DNA of 63,837 nucleotides, counting the filler, from Hausera hauseri (Eukaryota), in assembly GCA_046269625.1 (NCBI GenBank). It is 12 parts of 12 records of this genome, joined end to end, with 100 filler letters (N's around TTAATTAATTAA, not from the genome) between each part and the next. Parts side by side here need not be neighbours in the genome. Positions count along the whole stretch, not along the records: positions 59,470 to 63,837 come from JBJURY010613999.1; 11 more parts are not named here. One strand, given 5' to 3'. Positions 59,700 to 63,837 of this stretch are shown here, one piece after another (position 1 is the first letter of the stretch; every line of letters starts with the position of its first letter). Under the pieces are notes generated by a model. That model was not told where the DNA came from. It searched no databases and saw only the letters and a list, made by a program, of their open reading frames with translations. The position numbers and the translations under genes are program-made.

Positions 59700-62090
59700 A
59701 AATAGATCAACAGAATCCGTTGTTTGATTGCGTACAGAATTATTGGTCGATTTTAATGGCCGATAGATGGGATATATTGAAGACCGATGTGGTACGGCGT
59801 ATGACTGGAACGACGGGAGAATTATTGATGAAGTTGCGACATCAACCCGCTCATCTAGAAAAGCGTATAGACGAGCCATTACAAATATTGAAAAGCATAG
59901 AATCATAGAAAAATATGCATCTCCGTGGAATGCACCGTTAGTTTGTGTGTGAAATAAAAAATCGAAATACGACTTTGTTTGGACTTAAAACAATTAAATA
60001 AGATTACAGAAATGCCCGCATTTCCCATGCATAATATTGAAAAGTTGGATACTTTAAAGGGTATAAAATATTTTAATGCGCTAGATCTCGGTAATACTTA
60101 CTACCAAGTAGAGTTCGACGAAGCTTCGAGAACGAAAACAGAATTTTCTACAAAGGATAACCAATATTGTTTCAGGATGATGCCATCTGGTTTAGCGCCA
60201 TAGCCAGCTACTTTCCAAAAGCTTATAAAGTTCTGAATGATATGATATGAAAAGATAACATGGTATATTCAGATGATATATTAATATTCTCNNNNNNNNN
60301 NCTCAAAAATCAAAAAATTCGAAATTTTTCCAGAGGGTACAAAAGGCAGCATTAAGGATCAATCCTGAAAAGTGCAGATTATTTCAACAAGAATTAACAT
60401 TATTGGGGTATATCATAAACAAAAACGTTATAAAGAAAGAGATATAAAGTGAAGGTAATTCAAGAATTCGGCATACCATAATGTATGAAACAGCTCAGAA
60501 GAATCTTAGGAATGTAATTATTATCGAAAATTTATTAAAGACTATTAAAAATAGTCAAGAACGTTGGAATGCCTCTGTAATAGAATTTTGGATAAATTAT
60601 TTTGGAACGAAATGCGTGATAAAGCATTCCAAAAATTTAAAATAAGCTCTCATTGTAGCTTCCGTACTTAGATTTCCAGACTTCTCAAAGAAATTTATTT
60701 CAGACACAAATGCCTCTTTTCACACAATATGGGCTGTACTATCCAAGATGATGAAGATACGGAACAAGTTATAGCTTATGGATCCGTTGTGATAAACATA
60801 CATAAATTGAGACATCGCATTACTAGGAAGGCACTGTTAGCCATACACTACTTTACCCAACATTTTCGTCATTATTAAAAATGAGAGATTCACGTTAAGG
60901 ATCGACCACAAAGCCATTACGTTCATGTTAACAACGACGAAGTCGAAAACACCCCAGTTCCAAAATTTGCTCAACTGCCTGAATAGTTTAGACATGCGAT
61001 TAGAGTATCGTAAAGGAATTCTACACTCAAACGCCGATACTTTATTACAAACTATTTGTGATGTGTACTCAATATCGGTTGAGACATACAGATGCTAAAA
61101 CAGGGAGGCAAAAAACTAAACTCCTAACTGCGGCAGACAATTCCGCAATTCAATAAGCAAGAAAATAAAGTAATGGATAAATCATTGCAATAAAAAGGAC
61201 GATAATAAGACGTGGATTCAAGACGAAAATTGCATAGCATTTATTAAACAAATTCATAAGGAATTGCATAACGATGTGCTTAAAAAGCTTATAATTATTT
61301 AAAAAAAACGTTTTGAAGGACTTTATGAGAATAGTTAAAGAAGTATTACACGATTGTGATTCATGTCAGAGGTCGAAAGCCGGTACGATAAAGCAAAGGA
61401 AATCATCCACTGACTAGATAAAGTATACCCATTTCAAGCAAAATCTGTTGGTTCTGTATGGGATAATTGACCATTGTAGCCGTTACATTTTGTTATCGAC
61501 GGATACAAAACAAGATGAAACGACTATTAGTACTATTGTGAATAAGTGTATATACCGATTCTACGTTCCGAACGAAATACATGTCGATCGCAAGCGTACA
61601 TTTGCATCAGATGGAATGTGACGATTGGCGGGAAGATATAAAATCAGATGATGTTTCTCGAGTCCATATCATTCTAGTGCAAACAGAATCATCGAAAGAC
61701 AATTCAGAGCGATTAGAGATTACTTAAAAGCCACTTTAAAGAATTCAAAAGGGAAAACGGGTAGACATCCTTCCAGCCATTAAATTTAGTTTAAGCGCAA
61801 CCCATCAGGGCTCAATCGGATGTAGTCCCAATGAAGTCATTTTTGGTAACAATTCAAAAGATGTCATCAATTTCGGAAGCCAAGCATGCACAAGACAATC
61901 GTATATAATAATGATAATAGATTTAATTTACAGTTGGGATATCGTTTTGTTAAAGAAAAATGCGTGTAAGAGCACGGATAAATATGAAGGGCCGTTCGAA
62001 ATAATTCGTAATTTGTTTTATGGAAGCTACAAACTTTCCGGGTAATTAAGATCAAAACTCATTCGCAACGTTGAATGGTTGAAATCTTTT
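59700..62090 (+). mobile_element. Heavily degraded Gypsy pol (RT, RH, IN)
   Basis: SPWNAPLVCV, YFNALDLGNTYYQV, MMPSGLA, YSDDILI, LRFPDFSKKF, DHKAI, YRKGILHSNAD, SPYHSSANRIIER. A 10-N gap lies at 60292-60301. Confidence 0.85.
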
Positions 62091-62126
62091 AAGCAATATT
62101 ACTGTTACACAATATTAATGTGTATA

Positions 62127-63068
62127 CATTACTGGTAAAAGTTTAGAAACACTTCCATAAAACTGGATATACAAAAAACAAAGACCATTAATCAAATTTA
62201 CTGAGTTTAAACTTAATCATTTTTACTTTACATATAATATTAGTACTTCTTATGCAATAATGACACCGCATATCATAAATTGCACATTTGGCAAACCGTC
62301 CAATTAATATTTGGTGGACTTTCCCTTGTTTCTCAGACAAGCTTGAATACGCCGGGCCATGGATTCCACTAGTTCCAGGCAGCAGTTTGCAGTTATTTCA
62401 TGTATCCAAACCTCTGTAATAACAGATCTGAGATCAACAATAGAACCATGTGACTTTTCCTGGACTTTCTTTTTGACCTGAAACCAATAATTTTCGATTT
62501 GGTTCGGGTCTGGAGAATTTCCAGGCCAGTTCTGTAGGGTCTGGATGTTAGCAGCATTCAATCAAGGTGTAAAGATTTTAGCTCGATGGGGTGCAGCTGA
62601 AATATGGAGTTGAAATATGTATGTATTCCGAATTTCCATGAATGGAGGAATTTTTTCCTGGATAATTTTTAGGTATCTTTCTCCATTGATGGTCTCACCT
62701 GCTAAAAAATGAAGACCACAAGGACCAGAAGCTGATATAGCCCCCCCCATCATTACTGTCGGAGTGGAGCAGACTGTTGGAATGGTGTAGTGTGGATCAA
62801 ATCGCCTATTTTAGGATGTCTTACAAAAGATCGATTACTATGAAATTGAATGATAGTGGTTTCATCAGAGAAGGTAACAGGACACCAATCTTGTGCTATC
62901 CAATTAATGTACCGATGGCAAAATGCCAATCTGTCCTTCACATTTTTGATGTCGAAAGTGGTGTTCTAGTTGGTCTGTATGTTTTCAAATGAAATTCATT
63001 TGCAAAGCGCTTTCTAACGGTATATCCTTATATATCTTTTGTATATCCAAAACTTTTTGCCAGTACTG
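62127..63068 (-). mobile_element. Tc1-like DNA transposon, internally deleted, with TIRs and TA target duplication
   Basis: VTFSDET, AAPHRAK, WPGNSPDPNQIENYW, SMARRIQACL..KG..TKY. Ends: TA|CATTACTGGTAAAAGTTT and AAACTTTTTGCCAGTACTG|TA. Confidence 0.88.
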
Positions 63069-63837
63069 TATAGTAAAATAAAATACGCTTTTCAATTTTA
63101 AACGCGTTTAACAAAGAAATAGCGCATGCCAATTGGTAACTATTACTAAATTCTCTCGATCAGTATTTTCTAATGCCATTAAGAATATACATTCCGACGC
63201 TTCTTTAATTTAATTACGGAAAGTTTTCCTAATAATAGTAATTGCAATATTTTAGTTTTTTATGCCACGTACTTAATTAAAACTAGTGTTTATTTTTCTA
63301 AAACTAAAGTAACTAAAGAAATTATGTCTTCAAGATGCTGACTTCATCGAAAAGAATCATCTACTACTACAAAGACATACACACGCCACTACTCAACACA
63401 CCAGAGTCCCATCACCCCTAACTAACTAATCAACAAAAGAATGATCACGAAAAACCTGCTAATGACAGGTCTTGGTCACTAAAACAATAATGCCTTATAA
63501 AATAACACCACTACACACGTCCCTCGCTCTATTACCCCTAACTACACATAAAAATAACGATAATTAAGAACTTTAAACAACACACTACGCCTAAAAAAAT
63601 ATACGGGCCCCTTTTACCTATAGAACACCTGCCCATAAGACCCTCTTGACCTAATTTCCTGGTACCAACCTCGCGACGTCACATGACCCCACCCACTGAC
63701 GACACCATACTTATCAAGTATTACATAACACGAAACACCTATTACCTAACAATTAACTATTAAATTTATACAAAACACAATTACATAACTATTATTTAAA
63801 TAAAAAATAAATTTTACAAAACACGATTTCTTAATTA

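Noticed and set aside
1-63837. Alternative genetic code or programmed readthrough explaining the in-frame stops
   Set aside because: TAA, TAG and TGA all occur along with many frameshifts, while the BEL ORF is clean in the standard code; ordinary decay explains it.

Overview
This is eukaryotic, AT-rich and probably invertebrate DNA. It is not a continuous locus: 12 short unplaced contigs (about 4-10 kb) are joined by 11 artificial 100-bp linkers (44 N + TTAATTAATTAA + 44 N), so adjacency is meaningful only within a contig. Content is mostly mobile-element debris. (1) Three decayed CsRn1/Boudicca-type Gypsy LTR retrotransposons. (2) A different Gypsy integrase running into an env-like membrane-protein ORF. 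(3) A Gag with a very long C-terminal extension. (4) One BEL/Pao element with an intact 1758-aa ORF. (5) A Polinton/Maverick (adintovirus-like) block: integrase, two pentons, core protein and hexon. (6) Four protein-primed PolB relics, plus Tc1 and mariner relics. Intronless, disabled host-gene copies are mixed in (RAB3GAP1, KDELR, ERCC6L/PICH, ARFGEF/BIG lacking Sec7, an apolipophorin-like tail, an H2A-like scrap). Strongest candidate for a new system: in both CsRn1-type copies whose 5' end is present, Gag is preceded by a ubiquitin-like domain ending in a ubiquitin-type di-glycine (IHLVLHFRLRGG at ~56187-56222; NIHLHIRGG at ~26416-26442, not shown in the ORF track), suggesting a DUB-cleavable Ubl-Gag precursor. 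Also notable: a Pol-fused type-I membrane protein with an FN3-like domain and YxxPhi tail, an internal Ubl plus AT-hook in the long Gag, a loop-less 264-bp palindrome beside PolB, and tandem pentons. All family calls are from motif recognition by eye; no database searches were run.
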